A DNA stretch of 64,000 nt, from positions 7,654 through 71,653 of the forward strand of contig JACPKC010000007.1 in the NCBI GenBank assembly GCA_016187225.1. Reading direction: 5' to 3'. Made by a program: the position numbers and the translations under genes. Shown one piece after another: positions 1 through 9,563 of this stretch (its first letter is position 1; each line of letters opens with the position of its first letter). Origin of the DNA: Candidatus Berkelbacteria bacterium (GTDB taxonomy: Bacteria; Patescibacteriota; UBA1384; JACPKC01). The notes under the pieces are model-generated. The model was not told where the DNA came from. It ran no database searches and was given only the letters and a program-made list of their open reading frames with translations.

Positions 1-792
1 TGGCGTTTGAAGAGCGAGAAAAAAAATCACCCAATCGATGATGGTGTTGAAGAGACCTACCAAAGCGAACTTAACAAACTCGCGCCAAGCGCGACGCTGA
101 CTTGCAAGCTTTAGGATGGTTCGCGCCGAGCGGCCGAGTTCGCCCGAAATTTTACTCTCGCCAACCCGTCGATCGACAAAAGTGATTGGAATCTCAACGA
201 GTCGAAAACCTTTTTCGTGCCCCTGTAAAAGCATCTCGACCTGAAAAGCATAACCGGTTGCAATCAGTGTCGTTAAATCGAGCGACTCCAAAAATCCCCG
301 CGGATAAAGTTTAAAACCGGCCGTGGAATCGCGCACCGGTAAACCAAGTAGAATTTTCGTCACGATGTTGGCGCCGTATGAATTAACATATCTTTGCCAA
401 TCCCAGCCGACAATTTTACCGCCCGGAATATAGCGCGAGCCAATGACAATCGTTTTCGCTTGAAACTTCTCTATAAGTTGCGGCACGTCAGCGGGATTGT
501 GTGAAAAATCGGCATCCAGCGTAATGATGCCGTCGGCATTAGATTCAAGCGCCCAGGCGAAACCGGCGGCATACGCCGCGCCAAGGCCGGCTTTTTGCTT
601 GCGATGAAGAACATGAAGACGCGCTTCTTTTTGACTCAGCATAGAGGCCAGCTGACCCGTGCCATCAGGAGAATTATCATCGACGATTAAAACTTCTAGC
701 TCTTGGACGGGAAGCGCCATGAGCGCATCGAGGAGTTTTGTTAAATTTTCTCTTTCATTGTAAGTTGGAACGATCACGAGAAATTTAGGCAT
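1..792 (-). CDS. Family-2 glycosyltransferase of the polyprenyl-phosphate sugar synthase type (DPM1/ArnC-like) with a C-terminal GtrA-like membrane segment. Partial: the 3' end runs off the window start.
   Basis: My own minus-strand translation from ATG at 792 gives MPKFLVIVPTYNERENL...DDNSPDGT...ITLDADFSHNP...GSRY, the GT2 DxD/ED signature architecture. The last ~60 aa (FVKFALVGLFNTIIDWVIFF) look like a GtrA-type membrane helix. The frame stays open to position 1. The ORF track omits it because it is truncated. Confidence 0.7.
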   Translation of the reverse strand, partial: MPKFLVIVPTYNERENLTKLLDALMALPVQELEVLIVDDNSPDGTGQLASMLSQKEARLHVLHRKQKAGLGAAYAAGFAWALESNADGIITLDADFSHNPADVPQLIEKFQAKTIVIGSRYIPGGKIVGWDWQRYVNSYGANIVTKILLGLPVRDSTAGFKLYPRGFLESLDLTTLIATGYAFQVEMLLQGHEKGFRLVEIPITFVDRRVGESKISGELGRSARTILKLASQRRAWREFVKFALVGLFNTIIDWVIFFLALQTP

Positions 793-1528
793 AAAGTCCT
801 TTTTGACGATTCCGACGAATGCGATTTAGCTCGCGCAAGGTTATCCAGGCATCGCGCCCGGCACGGAGCTTGGAACCGGCGGCATCATACCAAGAAACTG
901 GCACTTCCAGAATGCGATAGCCGTGAACGCTGGCAATCGTCAGAATTTCAATATCAAATCCCCACCGATCAATTGTAGCTCGCTTAAAAATATCATGGGC
1001 CGCCTGACGCTCAAAGAGTTTGAAGCCATTTTGAGTATCGCTCAACTTGAGCCCAGTGGCCGCCCGAATTAGTAAATTGCCGATGCGACTTAAAATCCGC
1101 CTCGGCCAAGGTTGTTTGCGCTTGATTCGTGAAGCCATGAGATAGCGCGAGCCCACGATGATTTCAGCAGTCTGACGGTGGGGCCATAAGCGGCCGAGTT
1201 CCTCAATTGGCGTGGCGTTATCAGCATCAGTCAGAAGCAAAAAATCTCCCTTGACCGCAAGTATCCCTCGGCGCACCGCCGCGCCCTTGCCCTGGTTATC
1301 GGATAGGGTTAAAAGTCGGAGTGGAAGCGGATAATCAGCAATAAGTTGCGCAACAATTTGCGGCGTCTCATCTTGACTGCCGTCTTCCACCACTAAAACT
1401 TCTGTTTGCCAAGATTGCTTGCCGATATAATCAGCAATTTTTTTAAGCGTGTCCGGGAGACGGAGCGCCTCGTTATACGCTGGAATAACAATCGAAAGCT
1501 CCGGTGTGGTTTTCATCGCCGCTCCCAA
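785..1528 (-). CDS. Family-2 glycosyltransferase
   Basis: 247-aa ORF. The N-terminus LSIVIPAYNEALRL...VVEDGSQDET...LTDADNATP matches the GT2 fold signatures (DGS, DAD). It overlaps its neighbours by a few codons, which is operon-style packing. Confidence 0.8.
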   Translation of the reverse strand: MGAAMKTTPELSIVIPAYNEALRLPDTLKKIADYIGKQSWQTEVLVVEDGSQDETPQIVAQLIADYPLPLRLLTLSDNQGKGAAVRRGILAVKGDFLLLTDADNATPIEELGRLWPHRQTAEIIVGSRYLMASRIKRKQPWPRRILSRIGNLLIRAATGLKLSDTQNGFKLFERQAAHDIFKRATIDRWGFDIEILTIASVHGYRILEVPVSWYDAAGSKLRAGRDAWITLRELNRIRRNRQKGLYA

Positions 1529-2994
1529 ACTTCGGCCAAAATTGCGCCTCGAACAGCAACAGTATAAATTGGCTGGTAACGATCCTGCTCTGGATATTCG
1601 GCGATCAATTCTTGGCGCGCCCGATTGATAACGATATAATCCCCATTCGCCGGCTCAATTCGTTTGAAATCCGTTCGGAGCAAGCGCGCCGAACGATCAG
1701 GAATCGCGGCAAAAGTCACGGTTCGATCGGCTAAACCATTCTTATTCAACCAAAGCACAGCTTCTTCTACGCCCTCATTCCACCAACCAATTTGAAAGAG
1801 TTTTTGGGCCGCCATCTGACCTGCGCCGCCCGTAAATTCGTTGTAATAATCAAGCTGATACGGCTGATACCACCCCGCTTGAAGCGCCAGATAACTGACA
1901 AAAATAGCAGGGAGAAGCCAAGCCAGCCGCTGATTTTTAAGCCCATCCATAAGTCTGCCGACTACGCTCGCGACCGCGATTGAGACGGCCGGAAAGAGTT
2001 GTAGGAGATAGCGAATCCCGCCCTGACGCAGGGCATAAAACGAAAAAAGAAAAACCGCCACAATCCAGACAAACAAGATCCAATCCGAGCGGCGACCGCG
2101 CAGTAGCGTTCGAGCGAAAAAATAAAGACTCAAAATAACAACCAAGGCGGGTAAGGTAACAAGATAATAAATCAGATAGTAACTTGCTCCAGGCAGTTGG
2201 CGAACGCCCAAAAAAATCGTCTCAACTGCCGACCAATGCCCAAAGGTGATATTCAAATGAGCGCGAAAATCTTCCCAAAGCCACGGCCAGCTTGCCCAGA
2301 CGATGAGCGGCGGGAATAAGATCAAAGGCGCCAACCACCCAAGCTCTGGGAGCCGCCGACCACGCTTCCAGTCTGACCTAAGCACGATGATCGCCAGCAT
2401 GGCTAGAAGCGGATAAAGTAAGAGATTGGAAAGGCGCGTGCCCAGCGCCAAACCAAGCGCAAGCGTAGCCGCCGCGTACCAACGGCTATTTTGTTGTGGA
2501 CGGAAAAGCGCTTCCAAAAAGCAATACACGGTCAACGTGAAGAAAAGAGTGGTGGGCGTATCAAGCCCAAGCACACGATTCAACGCGATAAAAAGCGGCG
2601 AACAAGCCAAAATAATACCCGCTAAAACACCAACTTTTGGACTGTAAAGACGCCAACCGATCAAGATCGTTAACAAAATCGTCGCGCTTCCCATTAAGGC
2701 CGAAAGTAAGCGCCCAGGCTTAAAATCAACCTCATTTGCTTGAAAAGACCGCAAAGACACGAGTCCATAGAGCCATTTGGCGACTGGCGGATGTTCACGG
2801 TTGGCGTTCCACGCATCGGCCTCCCAAATCCCGTTGACGACGTTCGCGGAGTAATGCTTGGCCGCGTCGTAATAGGCGATCTCGTCCCAAGTTTCACCAG
2901 CCGCATTCAGGCCCCACAAACGCAAAGCGAGCGCCAAGAGAGGCACAAGAATAAGCGCTAATCGCCACGGCTGGGTTCTTTTCATAGAACTCAT
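1513..2994 (-). CDS. Polytopic membrane glycosyltransferase of the ArnT/PMT (GT39/GT83-like) family
   Basis: 493 aa with about 11 predicted TM helices. The N-terminal loop has the WDEIAYYDAAKHY motif (DE/Y-rich first extracytoplasmic loop) typical of polyprenyl-phosphate-dependent GT-C enzymes. It sits between GT2 genes. Confidence 0.6.
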   Translation of the reverse strand: MSSMKRTQPWRLALILVPLLALALRLWGLNAAGETWDEIAYYDAAKHYSANVVNGIWEADAWNANREHPPVAKWLYGLVSLRSFQANEVDFKPGRLLSALMGSATILLTILIGWRLYSPKVGVLAGIILACSPLFIALNRVLGLDTPTTLFFTLTVYCFLEALFRPQQNSRWYAAATLALGLALGTRLSNLLLYPLLAMLAIIVLRSDWKRGRRLPELGWLAPLILFPPLIVWASWPWLWEDFRAHLNITFGHWSAVETIFLGVRQLPGASYYLIYYLVTLPALVVILSLYFFARTLLRGRRSDWILFVWIVAVFLFSFYALRQGGIRYLLQLFPAVSIAVASVVGRLMDGLKNQRLAWLLPAIFVSYLALQAGWYQPYQLDYYNEFTGGAGQMAAQKLFQIGWWNEGVEEAVLWLNKNGLADRTVTFAAIPDRSARLLRTDFKRIEPANGDYIVINRARQELIAEYPEQDRYQPIYTVAVRGAILAEVWERR

Positions 2995-3065
2995 TGTAAG
3001 CCTTGAAGGCTGAATACTGTATACTGGTTTCAGACATTCACCATAAAAAATTTAGGAGGAACTTT

Positions 3066-4121
3066 ATGCGCTGGTTTGCAATTATTCTTTTACTGATCGG
3101 GCTGGGTTTTGCCGCCTTTACCTGGACAAAAAATAGCTCAAACGCAAGTCTTTCAAAAAACATGAGTCCGGTTTGGGGAGTACTCGTTCGCCCCTTTGCG
3201 CTCGATGTCGTGGGTAAGCCGACAACATGGGAAGTTGGCATCCCCGCTCAACTTAACTATACCCAAGAACTCGGAGCAAAACTAATTCGAGCAAATATTG
3301 AATCGAATGATCCCGCGATGGAGCTGATGATCAATGGCGCCCGGAGCCGCGATCTTGATGTTCTGCTTGTTCTTGAAGTCGACGGCAAGAATCCGGTGCT
3401 CGATGCGAGCATCCCCACAGCTGCGCTTTACGATCAGGGCTATGCCTTTGCAACCCAGTACGCTTCTAAATATGCCGGTCGTGTTCAGTATTACCAGCTT
3501 GCCAATGAGGTTAGCGGCACTGCCGCTCATCAAGCCAGCGACACTGGCCCGACTCTGAAGAACAGTTACGACCTTACTTATGATAAAAACCGCTACGAGC
3601 GGGTGCGCGAATACACGCGCGGTCTGGCTGATGGCGTCAAGGCCGCCGATCCGGGCGCCAAACGCATGGTCACTGGCCACTGGGTTCTGGTCGACATTAT
3701 GAAGTATCTTATTGACGACAAAGTCGACTTTGAGATTATCGGCTGGGATTGGTATTCGGATATGGGCATCGATCCGGCTAAAAAGTTGATCGACAACTTC
3801 CCCGCGCTCGATCTTCCAGGCTTGGCCAACAAATGGGGCAAGGAATTTTGGTTGGCAGAAGTTAATCGCGAATCTGGCTCATTCGACAATCAAGATCAGG
3901 CTCAAGCTAGTTATCTTGCCGCGGTTGCCAAGGTTGTTCAAGCAGACAAACGCATCAAAGGCATGACGATTCACATGCTACCCGACATGGCCGCCGAACA
4001 GAGTAAAACCACTGGCGCCCTTGGTCTGGTAACAGTCAAAGAAAATTCCGACGGAACTTGGAAATTCGACGAAAGAAAACCCGCCTTCGCCACCCTCCGA
4101 TCGATCTTTTTGAGGCAATAA
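3066..4121 (+). CDS. Secreted hypothetical protein, possibly a TIM-barrel glycoside-hydrolase-like enzyme
   Basis: Start chosen at ATG 3066 (MRWFAIILLLIGLGFAAF, a signal/anchor helix) because it is preceded by TAGGAGGA. An internal YYQLANEVSG motif resembles the NE[PV] acid/base motif of clan GH-A hydrolases. This is weak evidence. Confidence 0.35.
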   Translation: MRWFAIILLLIGLGFAAFTWTKNSSNASLSKNMSPVWGVLVRPFALDVVGKPTTWEVGIPAQLNYTQELGAKLIRANIESNDPAMELMINGARSRDLDVLLVLEVDGKNPVLDASIPTAALYDQGYAFATQYASKYAGRVQYYQLANEVSGTAAHQASDTGPTLKNSYDLTYDKNRYERVREYTRGLADGVKAADPGAKRMVTGHWVLVDIMKYLIDDKVDFEIIGWDWYSDMGIDPAKKLIDNFPALDLPGLANKWGKEFWLAEVNRESGSFDNQDQAQASYLAAVAKVVQADKRIKGMTIHMLPDMAAEQSKTTGALGLVTVKENSDGTWKFDERKPAFATLRSIFLRQ

Positions 4122-4185
4122 TAGGAGAGTTGTTAATCCACAAGCGTTCTCAAAGCGTAGCCCTTTTAAGTGTATACTGTGACTG

Positions 4186-4566
4186 ATGATACAGGCTGAA
4201 ACAACTTCTGAAGATACTCGACTCCGACGCTTGCTTTTTGTGCTGGAACTGTGGCTGGTGCCAATGTTGCTCTTTTTGGGCGCGGCCATCCTGGGTTTTG
4301 TGCTAGCTGGCGGCAAGCTTCACGCCCTGGACGTAAAATTTTCCTTCTACGCCACAGCTGGAGCGATCGGCTGTTCAATGTTTGCGCTTTTCTGCTGGCT
4401 GATTCGTTTGCGAATCGCTTCGTGGCGATTGCATGTGATCGCGCTCTTTTTAGCGCTTCTCGCTATTCCAACTCTTTTCCCCTTAAACCTCTTTTTCATT
4501 CCGCCACTTGCGCTCGCGTTCAGCTTTTTCCGCCCTGTTTTGCTCCTGGGCGAGCATCAAATCTGA
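4186..4566 (+). CDS. Small integral membrane protein (hypothetical)
   Basis: 126 aa with about 4 hydrophobic helices. The ORF overlaps convergently with the 3' end of the next gene. Confidence 0.35.
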   Translation: MIQAETTSEDTRLRRLLFVLELWLVPMLLFLGAAILGFVLAGGKLHALDVKFSFYATAGAIGCSMFALFCWLIRLRIASWRLHVIALFLALLAIPTLFPLNLFFIPPLALAFSFFRPVLLLGEHQI

Positions 4567-5752
4567 TCATCAAAGAGCTGGCAATAATTAGCCAAAAAAC
4601 GATCAAATTATCGTTTTTCCAGATCGGCATATCAACGAGACCGATCGCCAAAAAGACGCTCCAGCTTCCAAGCAAACCAGCCGCTACAAGCCTGGTATCT
4701 GTGTGCCGAACGGCTCTAAATAAATTTCTAAGCGCCAAGACCAATGCCAGCAACAACGCCGCCAAGCCGAGTAAGCCGGTTTCGAGCCAAATCCCAACAA
4801 ATAAATTATGCGGTGTGCGAGCATGCGGAGCGATATATTCAAGATAGTTCACGCGCGCGCGGGTTAAGGCCGTAAAGTCAGCTTGAAAATCGCCCAGACC
4901 TAAACCTAAAATCGGCGCTTGCCTAACGAGTTCGCCGGTCGCGCTCCAGAGTTGCCAGCGAACGTTATTGCTGGATGTAACCCGGCCGCCTTCATCAGTC
5001 GAACGCGAGAATTCCGGACGCACCAGCCACCAACTTAAAATCAAACTCAAAGTTATTACTCCTACGAACGTGCGTTGAATAAAAAGCGATCGCCAAAACT
5101 GTTTTGAGCTCAAGACAACGCCAATCGCGAAACCGAGGAGAGCGCCAACAATTCCGGCGCGTGAGGCGCTGATGAAAAGTCCCATTAAAATAATTATGCC
5201 TATACCGATGCGAACGAGTGGTCGAATCTTTTTGAGAGTGAAGACAAGCGGGAGAGCTGGCGCCAGGGCGAAAGCAAGATAGTTTGCTGAAGCATTTGCA
5301 TCGAGCGCATAAGGCCCAAGAGCGCGATCTGCTTGATTCCAGAGAATCAAAGCTAGCAAAGCAACGCAAGTACTCGAGACTACCAGAGCCATGGCTAGGC
5401 GCTCGAGATCGTTCTTGTTTCTCAAGGTCAACAAAGCAATAAGATAAACAAGGATTGGACCAAAAATAAAACCCTTAAAAAGCCCAAGGGCACGCCGCAG
5501 ATCATCGCTTAAAATAAGGCCGACGAAGGCGCCTAGTAAGAATAAAATTGGCGGCGCTAACCAGGATCGGCGCGAGCGCCACAACTGTCGAATTGAATCA
5601 TCGCTGATCGAGCGCAAAATCACCCAAACGAAAACGCCCCAAATTACTAATTCCAGCAACGTCGTCGGAATTCCACCGAGCGTAAAACGAATAAGATAGG
5701 CTGGCGTCAAAAACGCCACGAACGTGAGAAGTGTAAGCTTAGTTGGTTGCAT
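4520..5752 (-). CDS. O-antigen ligase/polymerase-like (Wzy_C family) polytopic membrane protein
   Basis: Polytopic protein with a large loop region carrying an ...ISASRAGIVGALLGF... motif that resembles the Wzy_C signature. The likely start is the internal Met (MQPTKL) to avoid a 118-nt overlap with the upstream paralog. Confidence 0.5.
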   Translation of the reverse strand: MQPTKLTLLTFVAFLTPAYLIRFTLGGIPTTLLELVIWGVFVWVILRSISDDSIRQLWRSRRSWLAPPILFLLGAFVGLILSDDLRRALGLFKGFIFGPILVYLIALLTLRNKNDLERLAMALVVSSTCVALLALILWNQADRALGPYALDANASANYLAFALAPALPLVFTLKKIRPLVRIGIGIIILMGLFISASRAGIVGALLGFAIGVVLSSKQFWRSLFIQRTFVGVITLSLILSWWLVRPEFSRSTDEGGRVTSSNNVRWQLWSATGELVRQAPILGLGLGDFQADFTALTRARVNYLEYIAPHARTPHNLFVGIWLETGLLGLAALLLALVLALRNLFRAVRHTDTRLVAAGLLGSWSVFLAIGLVDMPIWKNDNLIVFWLIIASSLMIRFDARPGAKQGGKS

Positions 5753-7136
5753 GAGATTTGAGAATAAGATTTGAGATTGCGACCAGAAAACCGATAAAAA
5801 CCCAAACATGGATAATATATAAAGTTGAGAAAAAGTTATACTGAACCAAGAGGCCAACGACCGCAGCGGTGGCGCCCAGAAGCACTGCCTGCAATAACGG
5901 CTCTTTCACAGCGCGGTAGGCAACTATTGCTCGCGCAAGCAGAAGGAGAATGAAAGCAAGAAAAGCGCCCAGACCAATCAACCCGGTTTCGGCTAAGATC
6001 TCAAGATATTGGTTATTAACAATATCGAAACTCTCGAGAGAGCGCGGATCCGGATAACCTTTCACGTAGAAACCAAAATTGCCGAGACCGATCCCAAGCC
6101 AGGGATGCTCTTCCCAGGCTTGCTTTGCCTGAATAAACGCGACTAGCCGACCCTGGGTTGATTCGCCGACCGCAAAATCCTGAATTTGAACATGTTCTGC
6201 GAATTGCTCGAGCGCATCTTCTCGCCCCTGACCAAGAAAAAAATAGACGCCCAATGTAGTAAGTATGAACAAGCCTAAACCAGCTAATAAGAATCGAGGC
6301 GCCAAAACAAAGCGTGGCAGAGTTAAGAAAATAACGCCTGCGGCGGCAAGGCCGCCAAGATAGGCGCCGCGCGAAACGGTCAACACAAAAACAATCAACA
6401 TCAAACTGAATAGAAGCCAATGCCAGAGTGTTTGGTAGCTCTTGACTCGGAGCAAAAGCAAACTTGCAAGAAGACTAATCGGAAGAAGGAGAAAGTTGCC
6501 CAAATACAAAGGCTCAATCGAAAAAGCCTGGATGCGCGGAAAACCAAGCACTTCTTTCGTATAGCCTTGATTGAGGCCTGTTAGCGAGCTGGGCAAGCCA
6601 ATTGCGTCACCCAAAAACTGGTAAAGACCAAAAGCAACGACCACGCCGGCGCTTATTAACAAGACTCTGATCACGCGCTTAAAATCTTCTTGTGAGCGGA
6701 TAAATTGGCTCACCAACCAACCAAAACTCGCGGTAAAAAGAATGAAGCCAAATACGAAAAGCGAGCGCGTGGACTCGCGCGCGCCGAAGACGCTTAATCC
6801 AGTCGCGATCAGAAAGATCAAGAGCGGCCAGCTTGGAATAAACGGCTGGGCGCGTCGGCGGCGAGTGAGTAATTGAAAGCCCAATGCCAGGAGTGTCAGA
6901 GCGCCGAGAAGAAAATTAATCCGTAAGGTCAGGCCGCCAACCTCTAAACTAGGAATGCGCTCAAAGGGCAGGAAAAAAATAATTGCGAGCCAGCCTTGCG
7001 TTGGGTTTTTGAAGATTGCGCGCGCGAGCCAAAGCGCGAAGCCAAGACCGAGGAGCAAGATCAACCCTTTAAAGTTTAAGATGAGCGCCATACCGATTGT
7101 CAAGATTGCGCCGAAGAGACTTGAAAACCAGATCAT
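5739..7136 (-). CDS. O-antigen ligase/polymerase-like (Wzy_C family) polytopic membrane protein, a paralog of the adjacent gene
   Basis: 465 aa and polytopic. A VSRGAYLGGLAAAGVIFL motif sits in the equivalent position to its neighbour. Together they form tandem paralogs in a glycan cluster. Confidence 0.55.
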   Translation of the reverse strand: MIWFSSLFGAILTIGMALILNFKGLILLLGLGFALWLARAIFKNPTQGWLAIIFFLPFERIPSLEVGGLTLRINFLLGALTLLALGFQLLTRRRRAQPFIPSWPLLIFLIATGLSVFGARESTRSLFVFGFILFTASFGWLVSQFIRSQEDFKRVIRVLLISAGVVVAFGLYQFLGDAIGLPSSLTGLNQGYTKEVLGFPRIQAFSIEPLYLGNFLLLPISLLASLLLLRVKSYQTLWHWLLFSLMLIVFVLTVSRGAYLGGLAAAGVIFLTLPRFVLAPRFLLAGLGLFILTTLGVYFFLGQGREDALEQFAEHVQIQDFAVGESTQGRLVAFIQAKQAWEEHPWLGIGLGNFGFYVKGYPDPRSLESFDIVNNQYLEILAETGLIGLGAFLAFILLLLARAIVAYRAVKEPLLQAVLLGATAAVVGLLVQYNFFSTLYIIHVWVFIGFLVAISNLILKSHATN

Positions 7137-8251
7137 TTAAGCCCCTCGTGATCGGCTTTTCTAAGCAATGACAAGACGTATTCTTCGTCACGTTCAACGT
7201 TTTTCTTGACCTCATATTCTTTAACAACGTGCCGACGTCCGCGCTGACCTGCAAGAACGCGGCGTTTCGCGTCCGCCAGAAATTGGCAAACAGCTCGCGT
7301 AATTGTCTCGGGAGCATGTTCCGGAACTAAAATTGCGCCGTGATTCTCGCCGACATATTCTGGAATAGCGCCTGAATTAGTCGTGACGACAGGAGTGGCG
7401 CAGGCTAAACTTTGCAAATTAATCATACCGACCTGCTCCTCCCAAGTCTTAGTCGTGACCGATGGCGCGACCGTCACCCACGCTTCTTGAAAGTATCGAG
7501 GCAGTTCGGCATTCTTGATCGGCCCTAAAAAGGTAGTGGCCGGACTATCTTTAATTTGAGCATTGAGCGGACTCTGGGGATCAATCGGACCGCCGATAAC
7601 GAGTTTGGCTTTCGGATAGAGTTCCAAGATCTTCGGCCAGGCGCTAAGCAGATCGGGCACGCCCTTAGCTTCTGAAACGCGACCAACAAAAAAAACGAGC
7701 GGGTAAGTAGAACGGCGTTTCGGATCCGAATCAAATTCAGCCACATCAATGCCCCAAGTGCCCCAATTCAGACGAGTGATTTTGTGTTCGGGCACACCGG
7801 CGGCAATTAGGTTGGCACGCGCACCCAGATTAAGATTGATCACACCGGCGGCGGCGCGTCCGTAGACTCCGAGAATGGTCTGCATAAAAAGTCCAACTGG
7901 CCAACCAAATTTTTCTAAAACTGGCCTATTTTCGAAAACCGGGAAAAAATACGGGGTGCGAGTGCGCCGAGCGTATTGAGCGACTATCCAGGCATTCTTT
8001 AAGGCCAAACGCGAGGCATACGGCTCTGGGCCCTGGATTATATCGGGCTTCGCCTCTTCAAGTAATCGAGCAAGTTGCGCTGAATCCCGATATCGAATCG
8101 GTGTCGAGGCAAAATCTTCTTCACGCATATCGCCATACGAAGCATCGGTGTAAAAATGCAAAATTTTGAGCTTCTTAAAATACTTGAGCGGATCTTCCAA
8201 GTCGCGGCGTAAAGTTTGGCTGACGAGCGCCAAAGTTGCGAACTTTTTCAT
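7133..8251 (-). CDS. GT4 (GT-B fold) glycosyltransferase
   Basis: 372 aa. The C-terminal half has ...FFVGRVSEAKGVPDLL...LVIGGP..., the E-x7-E-type GT4 architecture. Confidence 0.7.
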   Translation of the reverse strand: MKKFATLALVSQTLRRDLEDPLKYFKKLKILHFYTDASYGDMREEDFASTPIRYRDSAQLARLLEEAKPDIIQGPEPYASRLALKNAWIVAQYARRTRTPYFFPVFENRPVLEKFGWPVGLFMQTILGVYGRAAAGVINLNLGARANLIAAGVPEHKITRLNWGTWGIDVAEFDSDPKRRSTYPLVFFVGRVSEAKGVPDLLSAWPKILELYPKAKLVIGGPIDPQSPLNAQIKDSPATTFLGPIKNAELPRYFQEAWVTVAPSVTTKTWEEQVGMINLQSLACATPVVTTNSGAIPEYVGENHGAILVPEHAPETITRAVCQFLADAKRRVLAGQRGRRHVVKEYEVKKNVERDEEYVLSLLRKADHEGLK

Positions 8252-9543
8252 CTTGTCTCCCTGCTCGCAAGTGCCTGCTCAACGACTTTGCGATCAGAAA
8301 ATGGAATATGACCGCTTTTGACTGCCATGACCTCTTCGTCGCCCTTGCCAGTAATTAAAACCACATCGTCTACTCGGGCAAGATTTAAAGCTTTACGAAT
8401 CGCTTCATCGCGCCGCAGAATGGTAAAAAAGTTCCGATCGTGCTCAAAATACTTGGCGCGGCCAGCGCCTTTTTGAACACCCGAAACAACGGCTTGAATA
8501 ATTGCGGCTGGATCCTCACTGCCCGGATCCTCGTCGGTCACAATTACGATATCGGCATATCTACCCGCCAAGGCGCCAAGCAATGGCCGTTTTTCTTTAT
8601 ATCGATCGCCTGTGGCGCCACCCACATGAATTAAGCGACCTTTTATATCCGACCGAACGGTCTCAAAAACTTTTTTCAATCCGTCAGGCGTGTGCGCATA
8701 ATCAAGTATAATCTGATAACTCTGGCCGTGATTAAGAAATTCCATCCGCCCGGGCGAGGTTTGCAAGCGTTCCAAACCCTGTTTGATCGTTTCGAGATCG
8801 ATATTGGCGCCGAGCGCGGCGGCGGCGGCGGCCAAAGCATTTTCAACGTTAAATCGACCGAGAAGATTCAAATTGATTGAGAGCGCTTCATTGCCAGCAT
8901 GTAGAACGAAATGAGTTTTCAGCTGGCGATCACGAATATCACTTGCCCAGACATCGGTTGAGTTCTTAAGGGAATAAGTTAAGCGTCGGACGGCTGGATA
9001 CTTCAGAAACTCTGCCGCCGCTGGATCATCGCCATTAACAACGCTGACCCGATGCGGCCGAGCGAAGAGACGCTCTTTGGCGCCGCGATAACTGGCTTTA
9101 GTTGGATGATAGTCTAGGTGATCGACTGTGAGATTGGTAAAAATAACGGTATCGAATGGAATTCCCCAAACTCGTTCTTGAACCAAACCATGCGAAGTGA
9201 CCTCAATAATTGCCTCCGTGGCGCCGCGACCGATCATCTTTCGAAGCAAGAATTGGAGTTTGAATGAATCCAGAGTTCCCATTTTAAGATCGTTGCGCCA
9301 CATCTTGATCCCATCAGAAAAACGAACGGTGCTCATGAGGCCAGTTTTTAGACGGCGTTCTGTGAGAATACTGTGTAAAAACAAAGCAGTGGTTGTTTTA
9401 CCGTTCGTGCCTGTCACGCCGAAGATTCTTAACTTCCGCCCCGGAAAACCTGCGAGACTAGCCGCCAACACCGCCCGGCAAAGGTGGTAAACATTGAGCA
9501 CGCTTTTTGGGATTATCGAGCGAATTAGCGATTTGAGTTGCAT
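8248..9543 (-). CDS. Mur ligase family protein, MurE-like, with a shortened N-terminal domain
   Basis: P-loop GVTGTNGKTTT at residue ~43, DYAHTPDGL (the MurE-type DYAHTPD motif) and a C-terminal VTDEDPGSEDPAAI that resembles the MurE DNPR region. It is only 431 aa, so the usual ~100-aa UDP-binding N-domain is largely missing. Confidence 0.6.
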   Translation of the reverse strand: MQLKSLIRSIIPKSVLNVYHLCRAVLAASLAGFPGRKLRIFGVTGTNGKTTTALFLHSILTERRLKTGLMSTVRFSDGIKMWRNDLKMGTLDSFKLQFLLRKMIGRGATEAIIEVTSHGLVQERVWGIPFDTVIFTNLTVDHLDYHPTKASYRGAKERLFARPHRVSVVNGDDPAAAEFLKYPAVRRLTYSLKNSTDVWASDIRDRQLKTHFVLHAGNEALSINLNLLGRFNVENALAAAAAALGANIDLETIKQGLERLQTSPGRMEFLNHGQSYQIILDYAHTPDGLKKVFETVRSDIKGRLIHVGGATGDRYKEKRPLLGALAGRYADIVIVTDEDPGSEDPAAIIQAVVSGVQKGAGRAKYFEHDRNFFTILRRDEAIRKALNLARVDDVVLITGKGDEEVMAVKSGHIPFSDRKVVEQALASRETR

Positions 9544-9563
9544 AGAGTGATCCTCGTCAGAAC

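Noticed and set aside
4251-4847. 198-aa plus-strand ORF overlapping the small membrane protein and the 3' end of the O-antigen-ligase-like gene
   Set aside because: It is out of frame and overlaps two better-supported genes. The translation is low-complexity (Ala/Ser/Arg-rich), typical of antisense reading of a membrane-protein gene.
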